DNA of 64,000 nucleotides, taken from assembly GCA_965216325.1 (NCBI GenBank), contig OZ244160.1, positions 76,813 through 140,812 of the forward strand, in the 5' to 3' direction. Below are positions 1 to 11,885 of the stretch, piece by piece. Position 1 is the first letter of the stretch; the number at the start of each line of letters is the position of its first letter. Below the pieces are notes generated by a model. The model was not told the origin of the DNA, did no database searches, and worked only from the letters and a program-made list of their open reading frames with translations. The position numbers and the translations under genes were made by a program. The stretch is from Coraliomargarita sp. (GTDB taxonomy: Bacteria > Verrucomicrobiota > Verrucomicrobiia > Opitutales > Coraliomargaritaceae).

Positions 1-100
1 TCTTTGCTGCTAGAAAGTGTCCGAGCTCATGGATAAAAATAGAGAATCCTAGGCAAAAGAGGCCAACTGCGATGAACCAGAAGTTGAGGAGAAAAGACAT
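1..100 (-). CDS. rseP: RseP/M50 zinc metalloprotease, N-terminal part (runs off window)
   Basis: Manual translation from ATG at 100: MSFLLNFWFIAVGLFCLGFSIFIHELGHFLAAK with HExxH; follows dxr in the conserved uppS-cdsA-dxr-rseP order. Confidence 0.88.
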   Translation of the reverse strand, partial: MSFLLNFWFIAVGLFCLGFSIFIHELGHFLAAK

Positions 101-112
101 AATTTATAGAAG

Positions 113-1264
113 TCAGAAAGAGCGGGCTTGTTCCCTTGTGTGCAAATCGATCGAGAATAAATCATCCAGCGAGTTAACCGTGGTAGGAGTGATCGCACTA
201 AGTGCACTTTCGATTACGCGTGGAATATCAAGATAGCTGATTTCGCTCTTTAGGAAACGCGCGACCGCGATTTCATTGGCTGCATTGAATACCGCGGGTG
301 CGCTGCCGCCAGCCTTGAGTGCATCGTATGCGAGTTTGAGGCAAGGGTAGCGGGCGAAGTCGGGCGCTCGGAAGTCCCACTGCATGGCCTGCTTGAAGTC
401 CAGCGTGCGGTCCACGCCGCTTGCCCTGTCGGGATACAGCAGGCAATGTTGAATCGCGAAGGTCATGGAGGGAGGGCTGAATTGTCCTAGGATCGAGCCG
501 TCGATGAACTGGACAAAGGAGTGGGCAATACTTTGCGGATGAATGACCACTTCGAGCCGCTCAGGTTCCACCCCAAATAGCCAGTGCGCTTCAATCAGCT
601 CGAGGCCCTTATTGGCCATCGTCGCGGAATCGACCGTGATTTTGGGGCCCATCGACCAGTTTGGATGCTGGGTCGCGTCGGCTGGTGTGACCTTGGCCAG
701 ATCGCTAATCGGTGTGTCGCGGAATTGGCCTCCGGATGCAGTCAGAATCAGCTTGTCGATGTGCTTGCTCGGGCTGTCTTGAATGCACTGAAAAATTGCG
801 TTGTGCTCGCTGTCGGTTGGTAGGAGACGCACGCCTTTGCGCTTGGCCGCCTCGATGACGAAGGTGCCACCGAGAACGAGGAGTTCCTTATTGGCGAGGG
901 CAATGTCTTTGCCTGCTTCGATTGCCGCAAGTGCGGGTTTAAGGCCGCAGGCACCGACGACTGCAACAAGGACGATATCGGCTTCAGGCAGGGTTGCGAG
1001 TTCACAGAGTGCATCGTCTCCACAATTGAGCTTAGTGCGGGAGGGAAAGTCACTGGCGTCCGCGTAGGCCTTGTCGTCGGCAAGCACCGCATGTGTGACC
1101 TTAAACTCTTTGCAGATGTCTGCGAGTTCTTTATGGCGAGAGTGTGCAGCGACGCCGATTAGCTCGAGTTTATCGCTGTGATCACGAAGCACGCGCAAAG
1201 TGCTGCTACCGATCGATCCGGTCGCGCCGAGGAGGACTAGCTTCTTGCGGACTGAATCAGCCAT
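113..1264 (-). CDS. dxr: 1-deoxy-D-xylulose-5-phosphate reductoisomerase
   Basis: LGATGSIG, LANKE, PTDSEH, HPNWSMGPKITVDSATMANKGLE motifs. Confidence 0.97.
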   Translation of the reverse strand: MADSVRKKLVLLGATGSIGSSTLRVLRDHSDKLELIGVAAHSRHKELADICKEFKVTHAVLADDKAYADASDFPSRTKLNCGDDALCELATLPEADIVLVAVVGACGLKPALAAIEAGKDIALANKELLVLGGTFVIEAAKRKGVRLLPTDSEHNAIFQCIQDSPSKHIDKLILTASGGQFRDTPISDLAKVTPADATQHPNWSMGPKITVDSATMANKGLELIEAHWLFGVEPERLEVVIHPQSIAHSFVQFIDGSILGQFSPPSMTFAIQHCLLYPDRASGVDRTLDFKQAMQWDFRAPDFARYPCLKLAYDALKAGGSAPAVFNAANEIAVARFLKSEISYLDIPRVIESALSAITPTTVNSLDDLFSIDLHTREQARSF

Positions 1265-1270
1265 GCGGGT

Positions 1271-2104
1271 CTAGGCAAACAGCGTATATTTGAACAGCAG
1301 GTAGCCGAGTGGCGCTGTCAGGATCAGGCTGTCCGAGAGGTCGAATATTCCACCGATACCGGGGATGATATTACCGGAGTCTTTGACTTCGGCCTGTCTT
1401 TTGAAGGCGGATTCGACGAGATCGGATGCAATGGATGCAATCGAGATGGGAATCGCGATCATTGCCGCGAGGAAGAGGTTGAAGCCTTCGGGTGCGTGGT
1501 TGCGGAAGAGTCCGAGTAGAATTATGCCGACCAGCATGGACACCACGATGCCCCCGATGGCGCCCTCGTAGGTTTTCTTCGGGCTGATGACGGAGAGTGG
1601 GGTTTTGCCGACTTGCATGCCGACTAGCAGGCCGCCGACATCGGTGCATTTAGCGACTGCGATGACCCAGACGGTGAGGAAGAGGCCCGTCGATGTGGCG
1701 TAGTCATTGACCTCAGCGAGCTTTACAATTTTAAGCATGAAATGCAGCAGGAAAGGTACATAGACCAAGCCGAACAGAGTCGGCATGAAACTGCGAAGGC
1801 GGCCTGCCTGGAGGTCCATTCGAATGATGGTAATCGTCAGCACGAGGAAGCTCAGCAGGAAGAGGTCGTTACCGGCATCGAGTCCACCGATGTAATAGCT
1901 GCCTACGGTGATTGCGACACCACAGCCGAGACCGAGCCCCTTCATTGGCTTGAGCCCCATTTTTTCGAATAGCTGATAGAGTTCCAGCTGCGTGAAGAAG
2001 GCGACGGCGGCAACCAGCACGACACCTGCATGAATACCAAAGATAGTCAGCGAGACGGCTAGGGTTAACCACAGGACGGTGAAACTAAAAATGCGTTGTT
2101 TCAT
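1271..2104 (-). CDS. cdsA: Phosphatidate cytidylyltransferase
   Basis: Multi-TM protein with ISPKKTYEG and KRQAEVKDSGNIIPGIGGIFD signature. Confidence 0.95.
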   Translation of the reverse strand: MKQRIFSFTVLWLTLAVSLTIFGIHAGVVLVAAVAFFTQLELYQLFEKMGLKPMKGLGLGCGVAITVGSYYIGGLDAGNDLFLLSFLVLTITIIRMDLQAGRLRSFMPTLFGLVYVPFLLHFMLKIVKLAEVNDYATSTGLFLTVWVIAVAKCTDVGGLLVGMQVGKTPLSVISPKKTYEGAIGGIVVSMLVGIILLGLFRNHAPEGFNLFLAAMIAIPISIASIASDLVESAFKRQAEVKDSGNIIPGIGGIFDLSDSLILTAPLGYLLFKYTLFA

Positions 2105-2128
2105 TATACGAAGAGGGGAGCAGGTCGG

Positions 2129-2869
2129 TTAGATTTGTTTAACTTGGTCGCCGGTTTTTCCGTAGCGGCGTTCGCGTGAGGCGTAGTTTTCGAGGGCGAG
2201 CTTAAATTGTTTTTGATCGAAGTCGGGCCAGAGCACGTCGGTAATATAGATTTCAGCGTAGGCTGCCTGCAGGAGCAAGAAATTGCTTAGGCGAGATTCG
2301 CCGGAAGTGCGAATGACCAAATCGGGGTCGGGCATATTGCCCGTATATAAATAGGGGCGAAAGGCATCGTAGTCTAAGTTGTCGATATCCAGGTTGCCGG
2401 ATTGCGCGTCACTTGCTGCTGCTTTGACGGCATCGATGAGCTCGGTGCGGGAGCCATAGTTGAGCGCCAGTGCCAAGGTGTGTTCAGTAAATTCAGCGGT
2501 TTTGGCTTCAGCATCCCGCAGGCGCTCTTGGATGTGCGCCGGTAGTTCCTGATAGCGACCAACGACGCGCAAGCGAATCTTGCGCTTTAACAGTTCTTTG
2601 AGCTGATCGGCCAGAAAACGGTCCAGCAGCTCCATCAAACCGTCGATTTCATCCTGCGGGCGGTTCCAGTTTTCGACACTGAAGGCGTAGAGCGTGATGT
2701 AGGGAACCTTGTTTTCCTGAGCGGCTTGGAGTGTGCGCTTGACCGCTTCGGCGCCGCGGCGGTGGCCTTCAATGCGCGGGAGACCACGTTGTTTAGCCCA
2801 ACGACCGTTGCCATCCATAATAATGGCGACGTGTTGAGGATGCTTGGAGGGTTCACTGCTGGCGTTCAC
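2129..2869 (-). CDS. uppS: Undecaprenyl diphosphate synthase (start probably GTG at 2869; ORF extends to 2983)
   Basis: HVAIIMDGNGRWA, YAFSVENW, IRTSGESRLSNFLL. Confidence 0.95.
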   Translation of the reverse strand: MNASSEPSKHPQHVAIIMDGNGRWAKQRGLPRIEGHRRGAEAVKRTLQAAQENKVPYITLYAFSVENWNRPQDEIDGLMELLDRFLADQLKELLKRKIRLRVVGRYQELPAHIQERLRDAEAKTAEFTEHTLALALNYGSRTELIDAVKAAASDAQSGNLDIDNLDYDAFRPYLYTGNMPDPDLVIRTSGESRLSNFLLLQAAYAEIYITDVLWPDFDQKQFKLALENYASRERRYGKTGDQVKQI

Positions 2870-3007
2870 TACGTATGTATCTATCTTAGGGAAACCGTCG
2901 ATAAAAGGGGCTGTGTGCTCGGGGGCAAGGGGAGAGTGTGGCGAGTTGAAAGTTGTTTGTTGAATTTTGGATTCACATTTCACGCTTCAGTTCTCAGCTT
3001 TCGTGTC

Positions 3008-3220
3008 ATGCCGACATATGTCTATGAAACGATCCCGCAAAAGGCGGGGCAGCAGCCAGTGCAGTTCGAACTCCAGCAATCCATGAAGGATGCGCCTCTA
3101 AAGACCCATCCAGAGACGGGGGAGCCGGTGCAGCGAGTCATTTCCGGTGGCTATGGCACGATTTCCAGTGGCAAGAGTGCCAATGGAGGCAGCTGCGGTC
3201 CAAGTTGTGGCTGCTGCTAA
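3008..3220 (+). CDS. FmdB-like zinc-ribbon family small protein
   Basis: MPTYVYE...FELQQSMKDAPLKTHPETGEPVQRVIS pattern; C-terminal SCGPSCGCC. Confidence 0.75.
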   Translation: MPTYVYETIPQKAGQQPVQFELQQSMKDAPLKTHPETGEPVQRVISGGYGTISSGKSANGGSCGPSCGCC

Positions 3221-3261
3221 ATCAGCCCGTATCCCGATTTCTATATCTCGCATCTCGATGT

Positions 3262-3492
3262 ATGTCTAAAATACGCCAAATCGACTACGCCACGCCGCGC
3301 ACTCTGGTTTCCTATTCGGGGAAGCGCACGGTGCGCCTGACCGGGCAGGAGACGCGTTACAAGTTTTCCGCTATCATGCTTGAAGGGGAGGAAGACGAGT
3401 TTGCGAAAATTGGTGAAGAGCGTAAAGACTGGCAAAAGTCGGCCTTTCCGCTGCCGTGGACGGACTCTCCCGATGTGGTGCAGCCAGAGTAA
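3262..3492 (+). CDS. Hypothetical 76-aa protein
   Basis: ATG 3262 to TAA 3492, protein-like composition, fills the gap downstream of the FmdB-like gene. Confidence 0.5.
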   Translation: MSKIRQIDYATPRTLVSYSGKRTVRLTGQETRYKFSAIMLEGEEDEFAKIGEERKDWQKSAFPLPWTDSPDVVQPE

Positions 3493-3663
3493 GGGAGGCA
3501 GTACAGTCCTGTCCTGCTATGGTGCAGTACTCAGGTGGACAGGAGTGTCCGGCCTTCGAGGTTGCTGAAAAATCACAGTCTCTACACTTGACAGGTGTCG
3601 GATCACGTCCTTTTTTCTTCGCTTTTCTCAATTTCCGGCACCAGCCCAACTCTTTTTACTATT

Positions 3664-3933
<270 letters not shown>

Positions 3934-3970
3934 GTCATCCAGTCCAATCCGCAACTGAGCGGAGTGCGTC

Positions 3971-5034
<1,064 letters not shown>

Positions 5035-5059
5035 CCTTCAGACTCAGGTAGGAATTTTC

Positions 5060-5092
5060 AAAAAGGTCGTCCCAGTGTGGGCGGCCTTTTTT
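5060..5092 (+). terminator. Rho-independent terminator of rpsP-trmD-rplS
   Basis: aaaaggtcgtcc-cagtgt-gggcggcctttttt hairpin plus T-tract. Confidence 0.8.
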
Positions 5093-5189
5093 GTGTTAAA
5101 ATCGGCAGGATTTTGCAGAAATACCTAACTCAGGAACCTTGCAGGCAAACGGTTTTCATATAACTTTGGCATCTTTTGTCTAAGTCACT

Positions 5190-7891
5190 ATGAAAACCCT
5201 TTTTAAGCTCTTTCTGTTTTTATGCCTGTTGGTCGTGATTGCATTGCTCGCAGGCTATTTTGTGCTCACGAATCCCAGCTTCCAAAAGGGGCTGGTGGAG
5301 AAGCAACTCCCGGCGGGTAGCTCCATCGAGCACGTGCACGTTAAGCTTGGTTCCTTTGAGTTGAGTGGACTGAAGCTTCAGGCAGATGATGGGACATTGG
5401 TCGAAATTAGCAGTGCCAGTAGTGAATTTTCACCATTGGCCGCGTGGCGTGCGCAGACGATTCAGCTCGGCGAACTCGTGGTTTCTGGGGTCAAGGTGGA
5501 TTTGCCTGAACCAAGTGCGTCAGCGTCGCCATCGGGAACAGCAAGGCCGAGTCCAGCGAGTGGCGGTTCGGACATCAGTGGTAGCACGAGCACGGTTGAT
5601 TCAACGCCAGCAGAACGCCAGGCATCGACTTCGACACCGGACCCGCAAAGCCCTTACGATGTGATCTACCAGCTTGGCGAATTGGATTGGTTGTTTGATA
5701 TCCAGCGGATCCTAATTGACGGTGAATTAAATGACGGGCAGGGCGGTAACTATGCCTTCAAATTGGAGTGTTCGGCGATTGGCCCGAGTTTGGACTCAAG
5801 CCTGCGCGTGAATTTGGATTCAACATTCGTGGAGGTTCAAGCAAATGGCGTTAAAGCTTTCAATGGCAGCCTCGAATTGTCCTTCACCCAGAAGGTGACC
5901 GGTGGATTTGAGCGCTTTCAGATTCAAGTCGATGCGTCGGCCCAAGATGTTCGCGGTGCCAATTTGCTGAGTCTCAGCCAGGAGGCGGTGCTGGATATAA
6001 ACAGTAATGAGCAGGCTGCGGGCGTAAAATTGAATTTTAACGCCAATGTGCCCGAGCCGCAGCGCTTCATCGCCGAGTTGGCGCAGGTCGGGGCGCTCAC
6101 TGTGGACGGAAAGGCGAATGCAGAGTTGCTGGGGGAGAGCCTGACGTTGAGTGATACTGCTTTGAGTGTGACAGCGGGTGGTCAGCCGATTGTGACTCTC
6201 GATTTGACGCAGGTGCTGACACTCGGGGGCACTCAGAACTTCGAAGGTGAGTTGTTGGACCTATCGCTGATAAATCTGCCGATGGCGTGGCTTAGTCCAT
6301 GGATGCCTGAGGGCCTTGTAGTTTCTGCACAGCCTTTGTCGATGAATATGACGGTGAGTGGCGAGTCGGGAGGGGCGATGGTCGTCGCATTTAAGGAGCC
6401 GATCCGGTTGGACCAGCTTTCGGTTTCTCAGGCGGGGCAGGCGATGATAGATCAAGTGAACGTGTCAGTGCACCCATTGCTGACCGTCAACTCAGACCAA
6501 AGTCTCCACTACCGATTGGATGAGTTCAGACTGGACGACCGTTACGGGACCTTCGTATCCGGAAATCTAAGTGGCTCGCTGCCGGCCGAGTTGTCAGCAG
6601 ACAGCAATTTGCCGGATGGACTTCGTGCGAATGTAGATCTGGACATTAAGTTGCAGCCCCTCATGCAACAGCCTGCGCTGAAAGGGATGACCTCAATCAT
6701 GAATGGCAGTTTGCGTTTAGATGTGGACGTCGATGCGGCGGAAGCGTATCCGATACAGTTACAAACGTCGATTCAGAGCCTCCGTGCGCGGGGGATGCCG
6801 GGCACGAGCCAGAATTACCGATTTGCAGCTCAAGCAAAACAACCAAGCGCGGATACGTGGTTGTTTGGTGCGAACCTCATGGCGGGTAATGATTCACGTC
6901 CAAGCACCGATGCGCAGCTGTCGGGAAGCGTTTCTCCTGAGAGGAAGCCGATGGCATTTGACCTTGATTTGAAGGCTGAACGCATCCGCCAGGCGGATCT
7001 TGAGCTCTTAGCGGCGGCCTTCAGTCCGAGTGGCCGGACGGCCACGACTAGCACCATTACACCCTCAACGCCTGTAGTGGCATCTAATCAGGCTTCTGCT
7101 ACTCAAGTATCTCCACAAGCGGATCAGACTGCTCCGAGTCGTCAATCAACCCCACCACCATGGGCAGATCTCGATGGTAAGGTTTCGGTTCAGCTTGAGC
7201 TAATTGAGCTGAATTCACGCCAAACGATTGAGGATTTGACGGCTAAGCTGCGTGTCTCGGAGCCTCTTCTTGATGTAAGTGAGCTCTCTGCTGTATTTGG
7301 TGAGGGCACCTTTGCTGGGGCGGCACGGGTCGATTATACTGCAAATTCGCTCGAGGCCTATACCTTGAAAGCAGATTTAAATGTGAAGCAATTGGACCCG
7401 GCGATCTCTGCGGATCCTCGTTCGGGGGCATTCCCAATTCGTGGTCGCTTTGATGCGGATGTGCGCGTCCAGGGAACGGGGGCAACGCTTGAAGCTGCTC
7501 TGGATCAATCTGAGTCGGCGCTACTGGTCACAGGTCAGGAGGGAGTGTTGACTGCCTTTGAGTTGGATCAACGGCAATGGATCTCAAGCTGTCCCTTGGG
7601 TCGCGAGGGCCATTGGCAGAATATGTTGATGCGTTGAACTTGTTGCAGGACGAAACTGCGGAAAATGGCTTCAATTATTGGGATCGCGAGCTGCGTATAC
7701 AGGGGACTCTTTCGGATCCGGACACCTCAGTGATTATGGACTTGCTCAAGGATGCTGCAGGATCCGCGCTAAGTGAGCCGGAAGATAAATCCACCGATGC
7801 TGAGGCTGAGAGCGCTGAGTCTAGCGAAGACGAGGAGATGGATGACGCTGAGTTGATCATCCGAGGGATTAATTCTTTGTTTGGCAATTAA
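5190..7891 (+). pseudogene. AsmA-like envelope protein split by a frameshift (5190-7637 plus 7577-7891)
   Basis: N-terminal TM anchor and long beta-rich body; first ORF ends in a junk-like tail while the overlapping -1 frame carries an AsmA-type C-terminus (LRIQGTLSDPD). Confidence 0.6.
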
Positions 7892-8070
7892 TATCTCCAG
7901 AGAGAGGTTTGGCCGGATTGTGTTTCGTAGGGCTCGTACTTTCAGGTTGCCGCCACAGAAGGAACTTCGGTTCTAAGACCAACCTGTAACTATTTCCGTT
8001 AGAAAGGTCTGTCCCGACTCGATCTGAGCTCGTCGCAGGTCAGACCTCGGCGGCATTCGCTCGGACTTTC

Positions 8071-8096
8071 GGAGGCATGAGGGCATGCCTCCCTAC
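8071..8096 (-). repeat. GTAG-type REP hairpin
   Basis: Minus strand reads GTAG-GGAGGCATG-ccct-CATGCCTCC. Confidence 0.7.
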
Positions 8097-8170
8097 CCAA
8101 AAATAGCATTCGTTCGACCAGAAATAGTTGAAGACTGGTATAAGCTAGGCTCTCTCTTTCGCTCTGTAGT

Positions 8171-8202
8171 AAAAGAAAAGCCGACCTTGTGTAGGTCGGC
8201 TT
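8171..8202 (-). terminator. Rho-independent terminator of the DEAD-box helicase gene
   Basis: aagccgacct-tgtgt-aggtcggctt stem preceded by an A-tract (U-tract on minus strand). Confidence 0.8.
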
Positions 8203-8238
8203 CGTTTTATTGATAGAAAATGCCAGATGCGCGCACGC

Positions 8239-9825
8239 CTAGTCTGGGCGTTTGAAGCGGCGTTTGCTCTCGGAGAAGGGTTTCGCGGACTTCTTCTTGG
8301 CTGGCTTAGAGCCGACGACTTTCTGCTTGGGCTTGAAGGGGCGTTTGCCACCAGTTGGTGCTTCAGCGTCGTCCCACTGGCGACGCTTGCCGCCGAAGTG
8401 CTTTTGTGGCTTTGGCTTGTTGAACACGCCTCCCTTGCGGAAGCCTTTCTTGCCGCCTTTACCTTTGCCCTTGCCGCGGCGAGGGCCATTTGGGTCGAAT
8501 TCTTCGCTGTCTTCGGTGATCGCTTCGGTATCGCGATTGTCTTGCTTGCGAAGTAGGTCGAAGAGGGCACTGGCGATGTCGGTTGGTGTATGGCCCACGT
8601 CGAGCAGGCGGTCGACTTGTGCGTCGTAGCGCGTATAGCTGTTGGCTTCAAGCAGGTCGCGGACTTGGTTGAAGACACGGTCTGCGCGGTAGCCTTCCAC
8701 TTCTTCTTGAGAAGGAATCTTCATGCGACGCACGACTTGGCGAGTGTAGCGCTCAATCGCTTCGAGGCGATAGATGTCGCGGCCGTAAACGAAGGTAATC
8801 GACTTGCCGGAACGCCCGGCACGACCGGTGCGGCCAATGCGGTGTACGTAGTCTTCCGGGTCGTAGGGCAGGTCGTAGTTGAAGACTAGGTCGATGTCGT
8901 CGATGTCCAGACCGCGAGCGGCCACGTCGGTCGCGACCAGTAGCTCAACCGAGCCCTCGCGGAACTTGCGAATGACTTTCTCGCGGATGCCTTGCGAGAT
9001 ATCGCCGTGAATGCGGTCTGCGGTGTAGCCGCGAGCGGTGAGTGCTTCGCAGGCGTCTTCGACCATTTGCTTGGTATTGCAGAAGACGATGCCACGTGTG
9101 GTCGGCTCCATGTCGAGTAGGCGCGACATGACCTCAATCTTGGAGCGGTTGCGCACCTCGTAGTAGGTTTGTTCGATGGAATCGACCGTGAGGGACTTGC
9201 GCTCGATGGAGATTTGCTTGGCGTCGCGGCTGAAGGCCTTGATCAAGCCTTGCACACCCTTGTTCATTGTGGCTGAGAAGAATAGCGTCTGACGCTCTTC
9301 GCTAATGCCGCCGAGAATCACTTCCATGTCCTCGCGGAAGCCCATGTCGAGCATACGGTCCGCTTCGTCGAGGATCACCATTTCAATGGCGTCGGTCTTC
9401 AGCGTGCCGCGCTCCAAGTGATCCATCACGCGGCCTGGAGTTCCGACCACGATATGGGCACCTTTGCGCAGGGCACGAATTTGACGGTCGATGGGTGTTC
9501 CACCATAAACCGGAATCGCTGAGAAGCCCTTGTAGCACGTGGATAGACGGTGCAGTTCTTCGCAGACCTGCACGGCGAGTTCGCGGGTTGGGCAGAGCAC
9601 CAGCACCTGTGTTTGGGCGATGTTGACGTCGATCTTACTGAGCGCTGGCAGGCCAAAGGCGGCAGTCTTACCAGAGCCTGTTTGTGAGAGGCCGACGATA
9701 TCGTGCCCCTCAAGTGCAACGGGAATCGTCTCGGCCTGGATGGGGGAAGGCGATTCGAAGCCTAGTTTCTGGATACTATCGAGTAATTCCGGGCGCAGGC
9801 CCAGATCTGAGAATGAAATGTTCAT
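8239..9825 (-). CDS. DEAD-box RNA helicase (DeaD/CshA-like) with basic C-terminal tail
   Basis: [30 protein letters not shown]; start [10 protein letters not shown] at 9825. Confidence 0.95.
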   Translation of the reverse strand: MNISFSDLGLRPELLDSIQKLGFESPSPIQAETIPVALEGHDIVGLSQTGSGKTAAFGLPALSKIDVNIAQTQVLVLCPTRELAVQVCEELHRLSTCYKGFSAIPVYGGTPIDRQIRALRKGAHIVVGTPGRVMDHLERGTLKTDAIEMVILDEADRMLDMGFREDMEVILGGISEERQTLFFSATMNKGVQGLIKAFSRDAKQISIERKSLTVDSIEQTYYEVRNRSKIEVMSRLLDMEPTTRGIVFCNTKQMVEDACEALTARGYTADRIHGDISQGIREKVIRKFREGSVELLVATDVAARGLDIDDIDLVFNYDLPYDPEDYVHRIGRTGRAGRSGKSITFVYGRDIYRLEAIERYTRQVVRRMKIPSQEEVEGYRADRVFNQVRDLLEANSYTRYDAQVDRLLDVGHTPTDIASALFDLLRKQDNRDTEAITEDSEEFDPNGPRRGKGKGKGGKKGFRKGGVFNKPKPQKHFGGKRRQWDDAEAPTGGKRPFKPKQKVVGSKPAKKKSAKPFSESKRRFKRPD

Positions 9826-9831
9826 ATTATA

Positions 9832-9952
9832 AGAAGTTAGAAGTGAGGAGTCAGAAGTTAGGAGGCATTGAGCGAGTGCTAGATAATTGTGGGTGCACAC
9901 GCCCAGTTTCCGGGCGTGTTTTCTAACTACCAACTTCTATCTTCTAACTTCT
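9832..9952. repeat. Inverted heptamer array (AGAAGTT-like x5 / AACTTCT-like x4)
   Basis: agaagtt agaagtg aggagtc agaagtt aggaggc at 9832-9866; ttct aactacc aacttct atcttct aacttct at 9921-9952. Confidence 0.8.
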
Positions 9953-10031
9953 GATATCCGCAACTGGTTGTCGGATATCACGTAAGGGCGGAGGGCTTTG
10001 ACAGCAGAACTCCCCTAATACAAGGTTAAAA

Positions 10032-10067
10032 CAGAGATTAGAGGACAGAAGCCAGAGGTCAGAGACT
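10032..10067. repeat. Single-arm heptamer array
   Basis: agagatt agaggac agaagcc agaggtc agagact. Confidence 0.65.
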
Positions 10068-10141
10068 GGATTTAGCTTCGAATTGGAGAATTGCACCCTT
10101 GACCTTCAGTTGCCCTTTCTCGCTAGAATGTGAGCTAATTT

Positions 10142-10975
10142 ATGTCAGAAGAATGGAAAATAGCCGCCTTTTATCACTTTGTCGAACTGCCTGATCGCGA
10201 TGAATGGGCAGAGCGTATCGTTGACCATGGCTTGAAGGTCGGGCTGCGCGGCACCATTATTTTCGCGCACGAAGGGGTGAACTCGACCTGCGCGGGATCT
10301 GCAGAGGCGGTGGACTCGACGATTGCCTTGTTAAGGTCGGATCCGCGTCTCGCTGAAATGGAGGTGAAGTATTCTTACACGGATTTTTGTCCCTTTCCTA
10401 AGTTCAAGGTGAAGAAGAAGCCTGAGATTGTGACCTTCCGCCAAGGCGGAGCCGATCCGCGGGCCGAAGTGGGCACCTACTTGGAGCCGGATGAATGGAA
10501 CGAGCTCATTGCCGACCCGGAGGTGATTACGATTGATACGCGCAATGACTACGAGGTGAAGTGTGGGCAGTTCAAGGGCGCGACCAATCCCACGACGGAT
10601 GATTTCGTCTCTTTTGCGCAATTCGTTGACGAGCAGCTCAAGGGCAAGGAAGACCAGAAGATTGCGATGTATTGCACTGGGGGCATTCGTTGTGAGCGCT
10701 CGACAGCCTACTTGAAGAGTAAGGGATTTAAGCACGTCTACCACCTTAAAGGGGGCATTTTGCGCTATTTGGAGCTGATGCCGAAGGATCAGAGCCTCTG
10801 GGAGGGGGACTGTTTTGTTTTCGATTACCGTGTGGCAGTGGATCACGATTTGAAGCCAGCAATGTGGAAAATCGACCCAGAAACCAGCGATCCGGTGCCC
10901 ATGGCGGACGATGAAAAAGACGTAATTGCCGAACGCCGCCGCTCTGGAGCGATTTTTCGGAAGCCGTATACCTAA
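10142..10975 (+). CDS. trhO: Rhodanese-domain tRNA uridine(34) hydroxylase (YceA family)
   Basis: EGVNST, DTRNDYE, MYCTGGIRCE, YHLKGGILRY, WEGDCFVFD. Confidence 0.9.
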   Translation: MSEEWKIAAFYHFVELPDRDEWAERIVDHGLKVGLRGTIIFAHEGVNSTCAGSAEAVDSTIALLRSDPRLAEMEVKYSYTDFCPFPKFKVKKKPEIVTFRQGGADPRAEVGTYLEPDEWNELIADPEVITIDTRNDYEVKCGQFKGATNPTTDDFVSFAQFVDEQLKGKEDQKIAMYCTGGIRCERSTAYLKSKGFKHVYHLKGGILRYLELMPKDQSLWEGDCFVFDYRVAVDHDLKPAMWKIDPETSDPVPMADDEKDVIAERRRSGAIFRKPYT

Positions 10976-10977
10976 AA

Positions 10978-11056
10978 GAAGGCTGAGCCTTATCTCTGAG
11001 GTTGAGAGCGAGATTCAGTTGTCTGACTCAGGTTTCAAACTCAAGTTTCAGCCTTC
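10978..11056. repeat. Heptamer array/hairpin (TCAGGTT-like) downstream of trhO
   Basis: tcaggtt tcaaac tcaagtt tcagcct at 11028-11054; gaaggctga (10978) pairs with tcagccttc. Confidence 0.55.
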
Positions 11057-11143
11057 AATGGTTTGACAGCTCCGTTAAAATAGAGCGTAAATTGCAGTTT
11101 AACGACAGTTGTCGTATTTTCTGATTACACACCCTATTCATTT

Positions 11144-11881
11144 ATGTTGTTTGCTGATTCCCGCACTCCGCGGCGCGTCTCTCGTCTGTCGACTACGTCT
11201 GGCTTTACTTTGATTGAATTACTCATGGTGATGGTCGTGGTCGCGATCTTATCAGCCATCCTGTTTGGTATTTCTACTGGCGTTAGGAATTCGCAGAATA
11301 AGGCTCGAGCCAAAGCGGATTTGGCGGTGATCGCTCAAGCACTTGAGCAATTTAAGCTCAAGTATGGAGATTTTCCCTGGCACGATTCGAATGTGGGTGC
11401 TTATCCGTCTTACTCTGGAGATGATCCGGATGTATCGACGGGCGATGAGAATAAGACTAACACGATGCTACTCTATGCCTTGACGGGACGCTTAAGTATG
11501 GAACGCCAGCCTGATGGTTCGATTGGCGTCGAGCTCATTAGTGATGATCTGGATAATGACGAAGTGATCCGACGTCCTAGTTTCATTGATGCATCGAAGT
11601 TGAGTGTGGAATATGCAAAGCTTGCCGACGGCGAGGATGACCTGAATCGACCATACCTGATCCTGGATCCTTGGGGACAGCCTTATAAATATTGGTATAA
11701 GTGGGAGAATACCGAAAATAACTCACCTACTCCAGTGTGGGAAGTCTTTGGCTATCACCTGTTTTCTAAAGGCGATGACCGCCTAGAAGATACGACCTTT
11801 ATCAATGCGAACACTGGCGCTATCCAACCTGCTTACAAGGATGCGGAAGAAAACTTGGACAACATTTTTATCGGAGAATAA
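11144..11881 (+). CDS. Prepilin-type (GspG-like) protein
   Basis: GFTLIELLMV class III signal; DPWGQPY motif. Confidence 0.9.
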   Translation: MLFADSRTPRRVSRLSTTSGFTLIELLMVMVVVAILSAILFGISTGVRNSQNKARAKADLAVIAQALEQFKLKYGDFPWHDSNVGAYPSYSGDDPDVSTGDENKTNTMLLYALTGRLSMERQPDGSIGVELISDDLDNDEVIRRPSFIDASKLSVEYAKLADGEDDLNRPYLILDPWGQPYKYWYKWENTENNSPTPVWEVFGYHLFSKGDDRLEDTTFINANTGAIQPAYKDAEENLDNIFIGE

Positions 11882-11885
11882 TTAC

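Noticed and set aside
7892..8070. tRNA or structured RNA gene in the spacer after the AsmA-like gene
   Set aside because: Hairpins are present but there is no cloverleaf or T-loop signature; better explained as degenerate repeat debris
9826..9933. N-terminal extension of the helicase (MVVRK...[11 protein letters not shown])
   Set aside because: It is the translation of the heptamer repeat; the real start is MNISF at 9825
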